DNA from: Candidatus Kapaibacterium sp.
GTDB lineage: Bacteria; Patescibacteriota; Patescibacteriia; UBA9934
Length of the DNA: 64,000 nt
NCBI GenBank assembly: GCA_044350705.1
Contig: JBILHA010000001.1
Location: 49,809-113,808, forward strand
Reading direction: 5' to 3'
Part shown: one piece after another, positions 28,136 through 37,307 of the stretch
How positions within the stretch are numbered: position 1 is the first letter of the stretch
Layout: every line of letters begins with the position of its first letter
Notes under the pieces: model-generated
Told to the model about the DNA's origin: nothing
Database searches by the model: none
Seen by the model: only the letters and a program-made list of their open reading frames with translations
Program-made: the position numbers and the translations under genes

Positions 28136-28573
28136 ATGACGCTTTCATTACATGATCTTCGCCCTGGATTTGGCGCGAAGAAAGACAAGAAGCGCGTAGG
28201 TCGTGGCCTTGGTTCCAAGGGTACTACGGCAGGACGCGGACAGAAGGGTCAGTCTTCTCGTGCGGGTGCAAGTGGTTTGCAGCGTATTGGTTCACGCCAT
28301 CTTATGCTTGCTACGCCAAAGCTCCGTGGATTTAAGGCACTTTCTTCTGGAGCACAGGCGGTTAATCTCGCGGATATCGCGGGCGCGTTTGTTGCGGGTG
28401 AAGTAGTTACTCCACGCACGTTGTCTAAAAAGGGATTGGTTCGCGATGCAAAACAGGATGTAAAAATCCTTGGCGTTGGCGAGCTCTCTCACGCAGTAAC
28501 GGTAAAAGGATGCCGTGTTTCGGCTACTGCACAAGCAGCTATTGAAAAAGCTGGTGGAAAGATTGAAGCCTAA
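28136..28573 (+). CDS. rplO: 50S ribosomal protein L15
   Basis: KRVGRGLGS, GRGQKGQ, VKILG. Confidence 0.97.
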   Translation: MTLSLHDLRPGFGAKKDKKRVGRGLGSKGTTAGRGQKGQSSRAGASGLQRIGSRHLMLATPKLRGFKALSSGAQAVNLADIAGAFVAGEVVTPRTLSKKGLVRDAKQDVKILGVGELSHAVTVKGCRVSATAQAAIEKAGGKIEA

Positions 28574-28584
28574 CCTCTCGTATT

Positions 28585-29838
28585 ATGGCCAGTGCATTGG
28601 TGCGTCTTTGGAAAGAGCCGGAAATTCGCAAGGGACTCCTCTTTATTCTCTTTGCGGTTACGGTATTTCGCGTTGTTGCCCATATTCCGGTTCCTGGTAT
28701 TGATGCCTCGAGCCTTGCAGCACTGCTTAATCAGAGTCAGCTTCTTGGTTTGCTCAACGTCTTTGCGGGAGGTACTTTGAGTAACTTTTCTGTCGTTGCA
28801 CTTGGCGTTGCTCCTTACATTACCGCATCGATTATCTTCCAGCTCCTTGGAATGATTTTTCCTTCGGTGGAAGAAATGCAAAAAGAAGAACAGGGACGTC
28901 GAACGCTTAATCGTTGGACGCGCGTTGCTACGGTTCCTCTTGCTGCATTGCAGGCATACAGCTTGATGGCTCTTCTTGGACAGCAGGGGATCTTTGGTGG
29001 AGTTGCCTTTACCTCTTGGCAGTGGGTTGTTGCAATCGCAACAATGACTGCGGGTACCGTGTTCCTTATGTGGCTTGGAGAGCTCATCTCTGAGCGCAAA
29101 ATGGGAAATGGTATCTCCATTCTCATCTTTGCGGGTATCGTTGCTTCGTTCCCTGCGTTCATTGCAAATGCAGCTGCTACGTATACGCCTTCTGAGTTGA
29201 TAGACATGCTTCTTTTTGCAGCATGTACTCTTCTTACGGTAGTAGGGGTGGTTTTCGTGAATGAGGCACAGCGTAATATTCCCGTGCAATATGCGCGTGG
29301 TGGATCAGGGAAGGTTTCTTCCAATCTTCCGCTTCGCGTGAATTTGGGAGGAATGATCCCTATTCTCTTTGCGATGTCGCTCGTTGTTACTCCTGGTCTT
29401 TTGGCGCAGTTCTTCGTGAATGCAAATACTGCCTGGGTTAGTGCTGCGGCACAGTGGATCATTGCTTTTACTAGCAATACGCTTGCCTACAGCCTTGTTC
29501 AGTTCTTCCTGGTTATTCTCTTCACCTTCTTCTACGCGTCTATTGTTTTCCGCCCAGAACAGGTTAGTGAGAATCTGCAAAAGCAGGGAGGCTTTATTCC
29601 GGGCGTACGGCCAGGGGAGGCTACGACAAAATACCTTCAGTGGGTGATGAATCGCATTCTCCTCATCGGTGCTGTATTTCTCGCGGTATTGGCAGTGTTG
29701 CCTTATATCGTGCAGGGTATTACCGGAAATCCGCTTCTTGCGGTGGGAGGAGCTTCGGTGCTCATCGTGGTTTCGGTGGTTATTGATGTGGTAAAGCAGG
29801 TAGAAGCCCAGCTTTCCATGCGCTCCTACGATGCGTAG
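28585..29838 (+). CDS. secY: Preprotein translocase subunit SecY
   Basis: ALGVAPYITASII, WLGELISERKMGNGIS, GGFIPGVRPG. Confidence 0.98.
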   Translation: MASALVRLWKEPEIRKGLLFILFAVTVFRVVAHIPVPGIDASSLAALLNQSQLLGLLNVFAGGTLSNFSVVALGVAPYITASIIFQLLGMIFPSVEEMQKEEQGRRTLNRWTRVATVPLAALQAYSLMALLGQQGIFGGVAFTSWQWVVAIATMTAGTVFLMWLGELISERKMGNGISILIFAGIVASFPAFIANAAATYTPSELIDMLLFAACTLLTVVGVVFVNEAQRNIPVQYARGGSGKVSSNLPLRVNLGGMIPILFAMSLVVTPGLLAQFFVNANTAWVSAAAQWIIAFTSNTLAYSLVQFFLVILFTFFYASIVFRPEQVSENLQKQGGFIPGVRPGEATTKYLQWVMNRILLIGAVFLAVLAVLPYIVQGITGNPLLAVGGASVLIVVSVVIDVVKQVEAQLSMRSYDA

Positions 29839-29852
29839 AGGTATTCCTAAAA

Positions 29853-29896
29853 AAAGAGACACCATCCTTTACCGGGTGGTGTCTCTTTGGTTTTTG
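29853..29896 (+). terminator. Terminator after secY
   Basis: AAAGAGACACCA...TGGTGTCTCTTT followed by a T-rich tract. Confidence 0.7.
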
Positions 29897-29946
29897 CGGG
29901 ATGAAATGCTGGATGAAAATTGTGAAATGCTTTACACTGTACCCGT

Positions 29947-30498
29947 ATGTACAAAATTCTCCTCTTGGGTCCACAGGGTTCGGGAAAGGGTACGCAGGCT
30001 GAGCGCTTGAGTCAGCGCCTTGGCATTCCTACGCTTTCCATGGGGCAGCTTTTGCGGGATGTTATTGCGGAGGAGGGGATTTTGGCAGATCGTATTCGTG
30101 AAACAGTGCATGCGGGAGGATTAGTTTCTGATGATATTGCGATTACGATTCTTGATCGAAAGATCCAGGAACTTGGAGCGAAGGATGGATACATTCTTGA
30201 CGGCTTTCCTCGTAATGAGGCGCAGTTGAAGGCGTATGATGCATATGACCACCCGACGCATGTCGTGGTTATTGAAATTCCTCGCGATATTTCGCTTGAT
30301 CGTATTGCGCATCGGTCGCGTGTTGAACAGCGCGTTGATGATACTCCCGAGGTCATTGCGCATCGCTTAGATGTGTATGAGCAGGAGTCGATTCCTATGC
30401 TCGCATATTATGAGCCTCGAGGTATTGTTCGTCGGGTTGATGGTATGGGCACGGTTGATGAGGTAGAGCAGAGAATTAAAGATGCGGTTGGAGCATAA
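29947..30498 (+). CDS. adk: Adenylate kinase (short form, no long LID domain)
   Basis: GPQGSGKGTQ, ILDGFPR, RVDD. Confidence 0.95.
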   Translation: MYKILLLGPQGSGKGTQAERLSQRLGIPTLSMGQLLRDVIAEEGILADRIRETVHAGGLVSDDIAITILDRKIQELGAKDGYILDGFPRNEAQLKAYDAYDHPTHVVVIEIPRDISLDRIAHRSRVEQRVDDTPEVIAHRLDVYEQESIPMLAYYEPRGIVRRVDGMGTVDEVEQRIKDAVGA

Positions 30499-30506
30499 AA
30501 CAGGTT

Positions 30507-31286
30507 ATGGCCCTTATTAAGACACAACAGGATATTGATGCGATGCGCGAAGGCGGAGCGCTGCTTTCGCGCGCGCTTCAAAAAGCGGTTGATGCGGTAA
30601 AGCCCGGAGTCACCATGCGCGAGCTTGATGCCATTGCTGAACAAGAGATTTTGGCTGGGGGCGGAAAGCCTTCCTTTAAAGGGTATAAAGCGGGAGGGAA
30701 GATCCCCTTTCCTTCGACGGTTTGTATTTCCGTAAACGATGAAGTGGTTCATGGGCTTGGTACGCGTGACATTGTTTTACAAGAAGGTGATATTGTGGGT
30801 TTGGATATTGGTTGTTGGTATAAGGACTTGTGTACCGATATGGCGGTTACGGTTCCTGTGGGAAAGATTTCTCAGGAGCGTAAAACCTTATTGAAGATTA
30901 CGCGAGATGCGATGTATGCAGGCGTTGATGCGGCAATTGTGGGAAAGACAACGCACGATATGGCTGCTGCTATTGAGAGCACGGTTCCCCAAAAATATGG
31001 CATTGTGAAATCTTTGGTTGGCCATGGTGTTGGACACGCGGTTCATGAATCGCCGCATGTGCCAAACTTTGTAAGCAAGGCCTTTCCGAAGACCCTTCTT
31101 CGTACGGGAATGTGTTTAGCGATTGAACCTATGGTTACTCGCGGCACGGATGACGTTTATATTTCTTCGGATGGCTGGACGATTGTTACTGCAGATGGGA
31201 CCGATGCTGCGCATTTTGAGGTGACTATTGCACTCACTGAGCAGGGTCCTGAAATTTTGACGCCACAGCCGGAAATTGGTGTGTAA
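30507..31286 (+). CDS. map: Type I methionine aminopeptidase
   Basis: CISVNDEVVHG, GHGVG..VHE, AIEPM, AHFE. Confidence 0.97.
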   Translation: MALIKTQQDIDAMREGGALLSRALQKAVDAVKPGVTMRELDAIAEQEILAGGGKPSFKGYKAGGKIPFPSTVCISVNDEVVHGLGTRDIVLQEGDIVGLDIGCWYKDLCTDMAVTVPVGKISQERKTLLKITRDAMYAGVDAAIVGKTTHDMAAAIESTVPQKYGIVKSLVGHGVGHAVHESPHVPNFVSKAFPKTLLRTGMCLAIEPMVTRGTDDVYISSDGWTIVTADGTDAAHFEVTIALTEQGPEILTPQPEIGV

Positions 31287-31312
31287 GGTGGGTGTAGGGT
31301 CTGTAAAATTTT

Positions 31313-31537
31313 ATGCATGAAGAGCGCGATCAACAAAAAGATGAACAATGGATTCGGGATGTTTGCACGAGACTTGTGCCTTCCGAGACGTTGTATGTAC
31401 GTCATGAATACTATGATGGGGGATATGAAGTTCGTGTTGGCTCGTATACGTTTTTTATGGAGTATGAGGTGCTCGATCATGCGGATGAAGATTGGGTTCG
31501 ACAACTTTTAATCAAAGGAGGGTATTCTCTTGAGTAG
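31313..31537 (+). CDS. Small acidic hypothetical protein
   Basis: Fills the gap between map and the next gene; TATG start. Confidence 0.6.
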   Translation: MHEERDQQKDEQWIRDVCTRLVPSETLYVRHEYYDGGYEVRVGSYTFFMEYEVLDHADEDWVRQLLIKGGYSLE

Positions 31538-31539
31538 CT

Positions 31540-32004
31540 ATGAAAAAAGGTGATGTTTGGGGGTTTATTAGTCTCATCCTTATTCTCGGAGCTCTTGCTG
31601 CACTTTTTGTATTTTCTCCTGAGCGACGAGAGATTATTTTTCAGCCTTTAGAAGTGCCTGGTAGTGCGTTGGTACTTGTAGAAGCACGGAAAGAGGGGGT
31701 GATTGTTGATGCAGTTTTGGGTAAGTCTGGCTTTGTTACGCTTCATCAGCGTATTGGCGATGCGCCTGGACCTCTTGTGGCAACCTCGTCTCTTTTAGCG
31801 AAAGGTATTCACTCCGCACTTGCCCTTTCTGTGACTGGTGGACTTCAGGAGCTTGATAGCTATGTGCTGCTTATGGTTGCTGATGATGGAGATGGGGTCT
31901 ATGAAGCTGGAGTAGACCTTCCGGTTATGGTCAATGGTACGGTTATCCGTGTTCCGGTGGTGTTAGAAGGTGAAGAAGAGGGAATGGGGGAGGTTGAGGA
32001 ATAG
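31540..32004 (+). CDS. Membrane-anchored hypothetical protein with beta-rich extracellular domain
   Basis: N-terminal TM helix; GFVTLH and DDGDGVYE motifs. Confidence 0.75.
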   Translation: MKKGDVWGFISLILILGALAALFVFSPERREIIFQPLEVPGSALVLVEARKEGVIVDAVLGKSGFVTLHQRIGDAPGPLVATSSLLAKGIHSALALSVTGGLQELDSYVLLMVADDGDGVYEAGVDLPVMVNGTVIRVPVVLEGEEEGMGEVEE

Positions 32005-32007
32005 CGC

Positions 32008-32409
32008 ATGAAATACTTGGGTATCGATTACGGTACGAGAAAGATCGGACTCGCTCTTGGGGAGTCTGTTTCGCGTACCGCGATGCCGCTTGAAGTTTTT
32101 GTTGGTGGGGATGATGCGGTAGAGCGTATTTGTGCCTTAGCGCAGCAAGAGCATATTGATGCATTTGTCGTCGGGATTCCTGTACCTTTTCATACAGGAC
32201 AGCCGCGTACCCAATTTGATCGTGCTCAACGTTTTGCGGATGCTTTGGAAAATATGTCGCGACTCCCTGTATACAAAATTGATGAAGTATTTACTTCTCG
32301 AGAAGCACAGCGTATTCAGGATGAATACGGAAGTCGTGTTCCGGAAGATGCTCTTGCGGCCATGATGCTCGTACAGGAATATTTTGATAATCATCTCTCC
32401 TCTTCGTAG
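32008..32409 (+). CDS. ruvX: YqgF/RuvX RNase H-fold nuclease
   Basis: LGIDYGTRKIGLA, VVGIP, DEVFTS, DALAA. Confidence 0.93.
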   Translation: MKYLGIDYGTRKIGLALGESVSRTAMPLEVFVGGDDAVERICALAQQEHIDAFVVGIPVPFHTGQPRTQFDRAQRFADALENMSRLPVYKIDEVFTSREAQRIQDEYGSRVPEDALAAMMLVQEYFDNHLSSS

Positions 32410-32428
32410 GAGAAGCGTGTGGAGGAGT

Positions 32429-33202
32429 ATGTGGTTTTCTCAAAAAACGGAAGCGATTATCTTGACCGTCCATCCCTGGAAAGAAGCGGATAAGCGGTAT
32501 GTTGCGCTGACTCGTGATTGCGGAAAGGTTGAGTTTATTGGACGCGGTGCACGGAAGGGGAAGGCAAAGCTTGCGGCGCATTTAGAGCCTTTTGCTCGCG
32601 TGCAACTGGAACTTGTTGTTGGTCGTCGGCAAACGACCGTTATTGGCGTTGAGCGTCTCGAGCATTTTTCTGGAATTGCGTATTCGCTTGAACACCGATT
32701 GGTTGCACAAGCGGCATCTTCCTTGCTTGATAAGACGTTGTATGTTGATCAGGTAGATGCGCATTTGTATTCAGAACTTTCCTCGTTCCTCCTTTTTTTG
32801 CATGGAACGGAAACGCTTTCTTCTGCTCGTGGCGCATTTGTTCTTGGAGGCTTTTTACTTCGCCTTATGCGACATTTGGGATACGAGACAGAATTGCATG
32901 CGTGTTTAGGGTGCCAAGATGCTATTCAGCCGCTTTCGTTTCGTTGGCATGATGCACGGGGAGGGCTTGTGTGCACAACGTGTTTACTTGATAAGCAAAA
33001 AGAGTGGGTAACTGCGCGAAGAATTGATGAGGAAATCGTCACATTGTTGCGTTTTGCGCGCGATGCGGGATATGAGGATTTAATGAAGGCTGGGCTTCGG
33101 GGGGAGCATTTGGAGCATTTTTCATCATGTGTTCATGATTTGTTGAGAATTCATGTTCCTGGGTATGTAGATAGGCCGTATTGGGAGATGGTTGTTGTGT
33201 GA
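32429..33202 (+). CDS. recO: DNA repair protein RecO
   Basis: EADK...LTRDCGK...GARK, LEPF, CxxC zinc motifs (CLGC, CTTC). Confidence 0.92.
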   Translation: MWFSQKTEAIILTVHPWKEADKRYVALTRDCGKVEFIGRGARKGKAKLAAHLEPFARVQLELVVGRRQTTVIGVERLEHFSGIAYSLEHRLVAQAASSLLDKTLYVDQVDAHLYSELSSFLLFLHGTETLSSARGAFVLGGFLLRLMRHLGYETELHACLGCQDAIQPLSFRWHDARGGLVCTTCLLDKQKEWVTARRIDEEIVTLLRFARDAGYEDLMKAGLRGEHLEHFSSCVHDLLRIHVPGYVDRPYWEMVVV

Positions 33203-33244
33203 TGGGAGTGAGGGGAGTGATGGGAGTAAAGGGAGTAGGGGGAG
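33200..33244 (+). repeat. Five tandem G-rich 9-mers ending GGGAG
   Basis: TGATGGGAG TGAGGGGAG TGATGGGAG TAAAGGGAG TAGGGGGAG. Confidence 0.75.
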
Positions 33245-33298
33245 TGGGTTGATGGTTGACGCTTGATGGATGGATTGCGGGGAATGGAATAACGGGGG

Positions 33299-33326
33299 TT
33301 GCGTGTGTTTTTAACTGTGTTATAGT
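33299..33326 (+). promoter_or_regulatory. asnS leader promoter
   Basis: TTGCGT-16-TATAGT with TG extension. Confidence 0.6.
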
Positions 33327-33332
33327 GATTTT

Positions 33333-33527
33333 AGAGACGCTTGAGGCGATTTGAACACCGCCGAGTCCGGGAAAGAAATTCTTTGTCGTAAGATGAGAAG
33401 AGTAGAATCCTGCGGGTTGCGCCCGTTAGCGCGTAGAAGAGTACAAAGTAAGGTGGCACCGCGGAGAAATTCGCCCTTACATGATCGTGATGTTTGAACA
33501 TCGTGATTTTGTAAGAGCGATTTTTTT
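33333..33527 (+). promoter_or_regulatory. T-box riboswitch (probable Asn specifier)
   Basis: T-box AAGGTGGCACCGCG (33450-63); antiterminator GTAAGG/CCTTAC; AGTAGAA and GCCCGTTA elements; terminator ending in T7; AAC at 33354-56. Confidence 0.88.
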
Positions 33528-33579
33528 AATTCATATTTGAGACGCTGGACCCCGGGTCGATACCGGGTGACGCATTCGT

Positions 33580-34881
33580 ATGTATACCTCTATTGCACAT
33601 CTCAAAGATTTCGTTGGACAAGAAGTGACGCTTAAGGGCTGGGCATATAACTTCCGTTCAAGTGGAAAGATTTATTTTCTTCAGCTTCGTGATGGATCTG
33701 GATTTGTTCAGGTTGTGTTTAGTGCGGGTGATTTGACTCAGGAAGTTTGGGAGCAGTTAAAGGGAGTGACGCTTGAATCTTCTGTTGAAGTGAAGGGTAT
33801 TGTGAAGGCGGAGCCACGTGCACAGGGTGGTTTTGAAGTGCAGGGAACCGCATTTGTTCCTTTTCATATCAATACTGAGGAATATCCTGTTGGTAAGAAG
33901 GAGCATGGACCGGAGTTTCTTTTTGATAACCGTGATTTGTATCTTCGCTCGCAAACACCTTGGGCGGTACTTCGTATTCGTGATCGCGTTTTCTTTTCTA
34001 TTGAACAATTCTTCCACGAAGAGGGATTCATTCGTTTTGATACGCCGGTTCTTCAGCCAACAAGCTGTGAAGATACGACCCAGTTGTTTACCGTTGATTA
34101 TTACGGAACGCCGATGTACTTATCGCAGAGCGGTCAGCTTTATAGCGAGGCCGGTATTATGGGATTTGGAAAGGTGTATGACTTTGGTCCGGTATTTCGT
34201 GCAGAGAAGAGTAAGACTCGTCACCATTTGAGCGAACTTTGGATGATGGATGCGGAAATGGCGTTTTACGATCAGAACATGAACATGGATGTGCAGGAAA
34301 AAATGGTGAAGCGTATTGTTGCGGATGTGTTGCGTGATTGTCAGCAAGAGCTTCAGATTTTGGAGCGTGACACGACGCTTTTGCAAAAGCTTGTAGACAC
34401 GCCGTTTATTCGTAAGACGCATGCTGAAGTAAAGGCAGAGCTTGCGGCTGATGGTCTTACCGTTGATGCACTTGATGACATGAGTACGGAAGAGGAGATT
34501 TATCTTGGTGAGAAGTATAAACTTCCGGTGTTCATTCAAGATTATCCTGCGGCAGTGAAGGCGTTTTACATGAAGCGCTTTACGGATGATGCCGGCGTGC
34601 TTCGTGCACGTTGTGCTGATTTAATTGCTCCTGAAGAAGGACGAGAAATTATTGGAGGAAGTCAGCGTAATGAGCATTATGATGAGTTGAAGAAGGAGAT
34701 TATTGATCGTGAATACCCCCTTGAAGAATACGAATGGTATTTGAACACAAGAAAGTTTGGATCGGTGCCGCACAGCGGATTCGGTATTGGTCTTGAACGT
34801 ACGGTTCGTTGGATTACTGGTGTTCATCATATTCGCGAAACGATTCCGTTCGCACGCATGTTGAATAGAAATCGTCCGTAG
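33580..34881 (+). CDS. asnS: Asparagine--tRNA ligase
   Basis: FLQLRDGSG, YLSQSGQLY, FRAEKSKTRHHL, EIIGGSQR, VPHSGFGIGLER. Confidence 0.95.
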   Translation: MYTSIAHLKDFVGQEVTLKGWAYNFRSSGKIYFLQLRDGSGFVQVVFSAGDLTQEVWEQLKGVTLESSVEVKGIVKAEPRAQGGFEVQGTAFVPFHINTEEYPVGKKEHGPEFLFDNRDLYLRSQTPWAVLRIRDRVFFSIEQFFHEEGFIRFDTPVLQPTSCEDTTQLFTVDYYGTPMYLSQSGQLYSEAGIMGFGKVYDFGPVFRAEKSKTRHHLSELWMMDAEMAFYDQNMNMDVQEKMVKRIVADVLRDCQQELQILERDTTLLQKLVDTPFIRKTHAEVKAELAADGLTVDALDDMSTEEEIYLGEKYKLPVFIQDYPAAVKAFYMKRFTDDAGVLRARCADLIAPEEGREIIGGSQRNEHYDELKKEIIDREYPLEEYEWYLNTRKFGSVPHSGFGIGLERTVRWITGVHHIRETIPFARMLNRNRP

Positions 34882-34970
34882 GAAAAAATGGTTAAGTGGT
34901 TAACGTGGTTTTAGATCACATAACACTTTTATCAATTAACCATCTTAATCCATTCCACCATTTAAACATT

Positions 34971-36284
34971 ATGAAAAATCGAACATTAGTTAAGCAGTTG
35001 CCTGAACATTTGGGACAAGAAGTAACGATTGCTGGATGGCTTTCGAACTTGCGCGATAAGAAGCATTTTGGATTTGCGATTTTGCGTGATCGAACAGGTT
35101 TGGCGCAGGTTGTTTTGGACGCGCCGCATCTTGAGCAACTTAAGGGGTTGCAGCTTGAAACGGTGATTAAAGTGAAGGGACTTGTGAAAGAAAAGCAGTC
35201 CAAGGACCCTTCGATGAAAGAAGTTGAGGTGCAATGTGTGGAGCTTGAGATTTTGTCGCCGGTAACGGAGCCGGTGCCTGTTGAAATTGCAAAGCCGGAT
35301 CTTGATTCTCAACTTGATACGCTTCTTGATAATCGCGTGATCACGCTGCGTCACCCCAAGCAACGCGCGATATTTAAGATTCAGGCGGCGCTTGTGAAGG
35401 GATATCGATCGTACATGGATCGCCAAGGATTTACGGAAATCTTTTTCCCTATTTTGGCAGGTGCGGCCAGTGAAGGCGGTGCAGAATTTTTCAAAGTTGA
35501 CTACTACGGACGTGAGGCAACGCTTACGCAGTCGGCACAGCTGTATAAGCAAATTACCATGGGCGTTTATGAGGGAGTTTACGGTTTGTCGTATTCTTTC
35601 CGCGCAGAAAAGTTTGCGACATCTCGTCACCTCACAGAGTTTAACCAGTTCGAGTTTGAGATGGGATTTGTGGAAGATATGGAGGAGGTGATGGCGCATG
35701 CAGAAGGTTCGATTCGCGAAATGGTAGCAACGGTTGCGCGTGATTGTGCTGAAGAAATTGCGCTTCTTGGTGTCACGCTTCCGCCGCTTGGTGAACGCTT
35801 CCCACGTATCTCGCTGAAAGACGCGCTCTTGGCGTATAAGGAAGAAGGGGGAGTTGATGAGACGAGTGAGCCGGATTTGTCGCCAGCGGGGGAGCGATGG
35901 CTTTCGACTGAATGGGGTCCGAAGCACCACAATTGTGGATTTATCATTGTGACGGATTACCCAACGTCGAAGCGTCCGTTTTATGCGCTTCGTGACCCGA
36001 AGGATCCGACGAATACCATTACCTTTGACTTGATTGGTTTTGGGAGTGAGATTATTTCTGGTGGTATGCGCGTGAATCGTTATGAGGATCAGGTACAGGC
36101 GATTAAAGATAAGGGATTGGATCCGGCGCAATTTGAGGATTACCTCATGATGCACAAGTACGGCATTCCTCCAGAAGGGGGATTTGGTATGGGATTGCAG
36201 CGTTTGACGCAGAACTTGCTTGGTCTTGCGAATGTGAAAGAGGCAACCATTTTCCCTCGCGATGTGCAGCGATTGAGACCGTAG
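34971..36284 (+). CDS. aspS: Archaeal-type aspartate--tRNA ligase, probably non-discriminating
   Basis: FAILRDRTG, LDNRVITLR, EGGAEFF, QSAQLYKQ, FRAEK..TSRHL, EIISGG, FPRD..RLRP; no bacterial GAD insertion. Confidence 0.9.
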   Translation: MKNRTLVKQLPEHLGQEVTIAGWLSNLRDKKHFGFAILRDRTGLAQVVLDAPHLEQLKGLQLETVIKVKGLVKEKQSKDPSMKEVEVQCVELEILSPVTEPVPVEIAKPDLDSQLDTLLDNRVITLRHPKQRAIFKIQAALVKGYRSYMDRQGFTEIFFPILAGAASEGGAEFFKVDYYGREATLTQSAQLYKQITMGVYEGVYGLSYSFRAEKFATSRHLTEFNQFEFEMGFVEDMEEVMAHAEGSIREMVATVARDCAEEIALLGVTLPPLGERFPRISLKDALLAYKEEGGVDETSEPDLSPAGERWLSTEWGPKHHNCGFIIVTDYPTSKRPFYALRDPKDPTNTITFDLIGFGSEIISGGMRVNRYEDQVQAIKDKGLDPAQFEDYLMMHKYGIPPEGGFGMGLQRLTQNLLGLANVKEATIFPRDVQRLRP

Positions 36285-36307
36285 GTTTGTTACTCTCATG
36301 GTGTTAT

Positions 36308-36352
36308 AAAAATACTCCCCTTATACCTTTTGGTATTTGTGGGAGTATTTTT
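36308..36352 (+). terminator. Terminator after aspS
   Basis: AAAAATACTCCC...GGGAGTATTTTT. Confidence 0.7.
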
Positions 36353-36488
36353 GTACTTCAGATCTTTTCCACATCTCTCTATTCGTAAATATATTCAATG
36401 CACGATATGCTGAGGATTGTTAAAATGATGTGATTTTGTGTTTGATTATTAATGTAAAATTCTGTTTTCAGAAAGAGGTCCTCAACCG

Positions 36489-37004
36489 ATGGATGTTCAA
36501 GGAAGTTCGACTTTTGAACGATTGCAGAAGGGCGGCAGAAAAGTTGCTGAGATGTTTGTATTAATGACCGCTCTTGCTTCTGCAATGTCTTCTGAAGACG
36601 CGCATGCAAAGGGGGGAAGCGATCAGCGGGAACAGCAACATGAAAAGGCTCAAGATTCCAAGGAGTTTGTCATTAAAGATGGAAAAAATCAATTTACGAT
36701 AGAATTTTTAGGGGCAAATGTAGCAAAAGTATTAGCGGAACAACGCATAACCTTTAACGAAGTTGAGGGAACTTTCTTGCTTCATGCAGATAGTCCTGTC
36801 CCGGGGGAGGTTTTGAAACTGGAATTTCCGGAAGTCAATGGAGTTCGCACTCTTAAAGTTGAAGTTTCTGTGAATACGATTGCCTTGCCTAATCGTCCAG
36901 AGAGAACCACTGTCGTCATTACGGTTAACAATAGTGATGGTTCTATTGAGGAGGGAAGAATTGTCGGGGGTAAACTTGTTGAGATGGGTCCTAAAGCGAA
37001 ATAA
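36489..37004 (+). CDS. Hypothetical protein, possibly exported
   Basis: Hydrophobic stretch FVLMTALASAM and AHA cleavage-like site, then a beta-rich region. Confidence 0.65.
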   Translation: MDVQGSSTFERLQKGGRKVAEMFVLMTALASAMSSEDAHAKGGSDQREQQHEKAQDSKEFVIKDGKNQFTIEFLGANVAKVLAEQRITFNEVEGTFLLHADSPVPGEVLKLEFPEVNGVRTLKVEVSVNTIALPNRPERTTVVITVNNSDGSIEEGRIVGGKLVEMGPKAK

Positions 37005-37025
37005 CTTAATAAGACGTATACCTCT

Positions 37026-37307
37026 ATGCCTATTGTTCAGTCATCTGCGAGTTCAAATTTAGAGAAAATTCTTGAGCTTTTAAAGACTTCCGATCTTTCC
37101 TTGGAAGATAGTGAAGACTTTTCGCATGCCCTCCGCTTTGCTGACGAAGCTCATCTTGAGCGCATGTTTCAATTGTTTTCAGAAGACGGTTCTTCGATTG
37201 AACGCGTATATAAAAATTATCAAACGAAACGCTCTCTTTTGGAGTCTGGAGATTCTGCTCAATTGGAAGCCCTTCTGCAGGAAGAGAATTCTCTATTGGA
37301 GGAATAA
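37026..37307 (+). CDS. Small acidic helical hypothetical protein
   Basis: 93-aa ORF with TATG start, followed by a hairpin terminator at 37322-37352. Confidence 0.7.
   Translation: MPIVQSSASSNLEKILELLKTSDLSLEDSEDFSHALRFADEAHLERMFQLFSEDGSSIERVYKNYQTKRSLLESGDSAQLEALLQEENSLLEE

Noticed and set aside
28126-28136. rpmD (L30) missing between rpsE and rplO
   Set aside because: Real, but an established CPR trait; used only as a taxonomic clue
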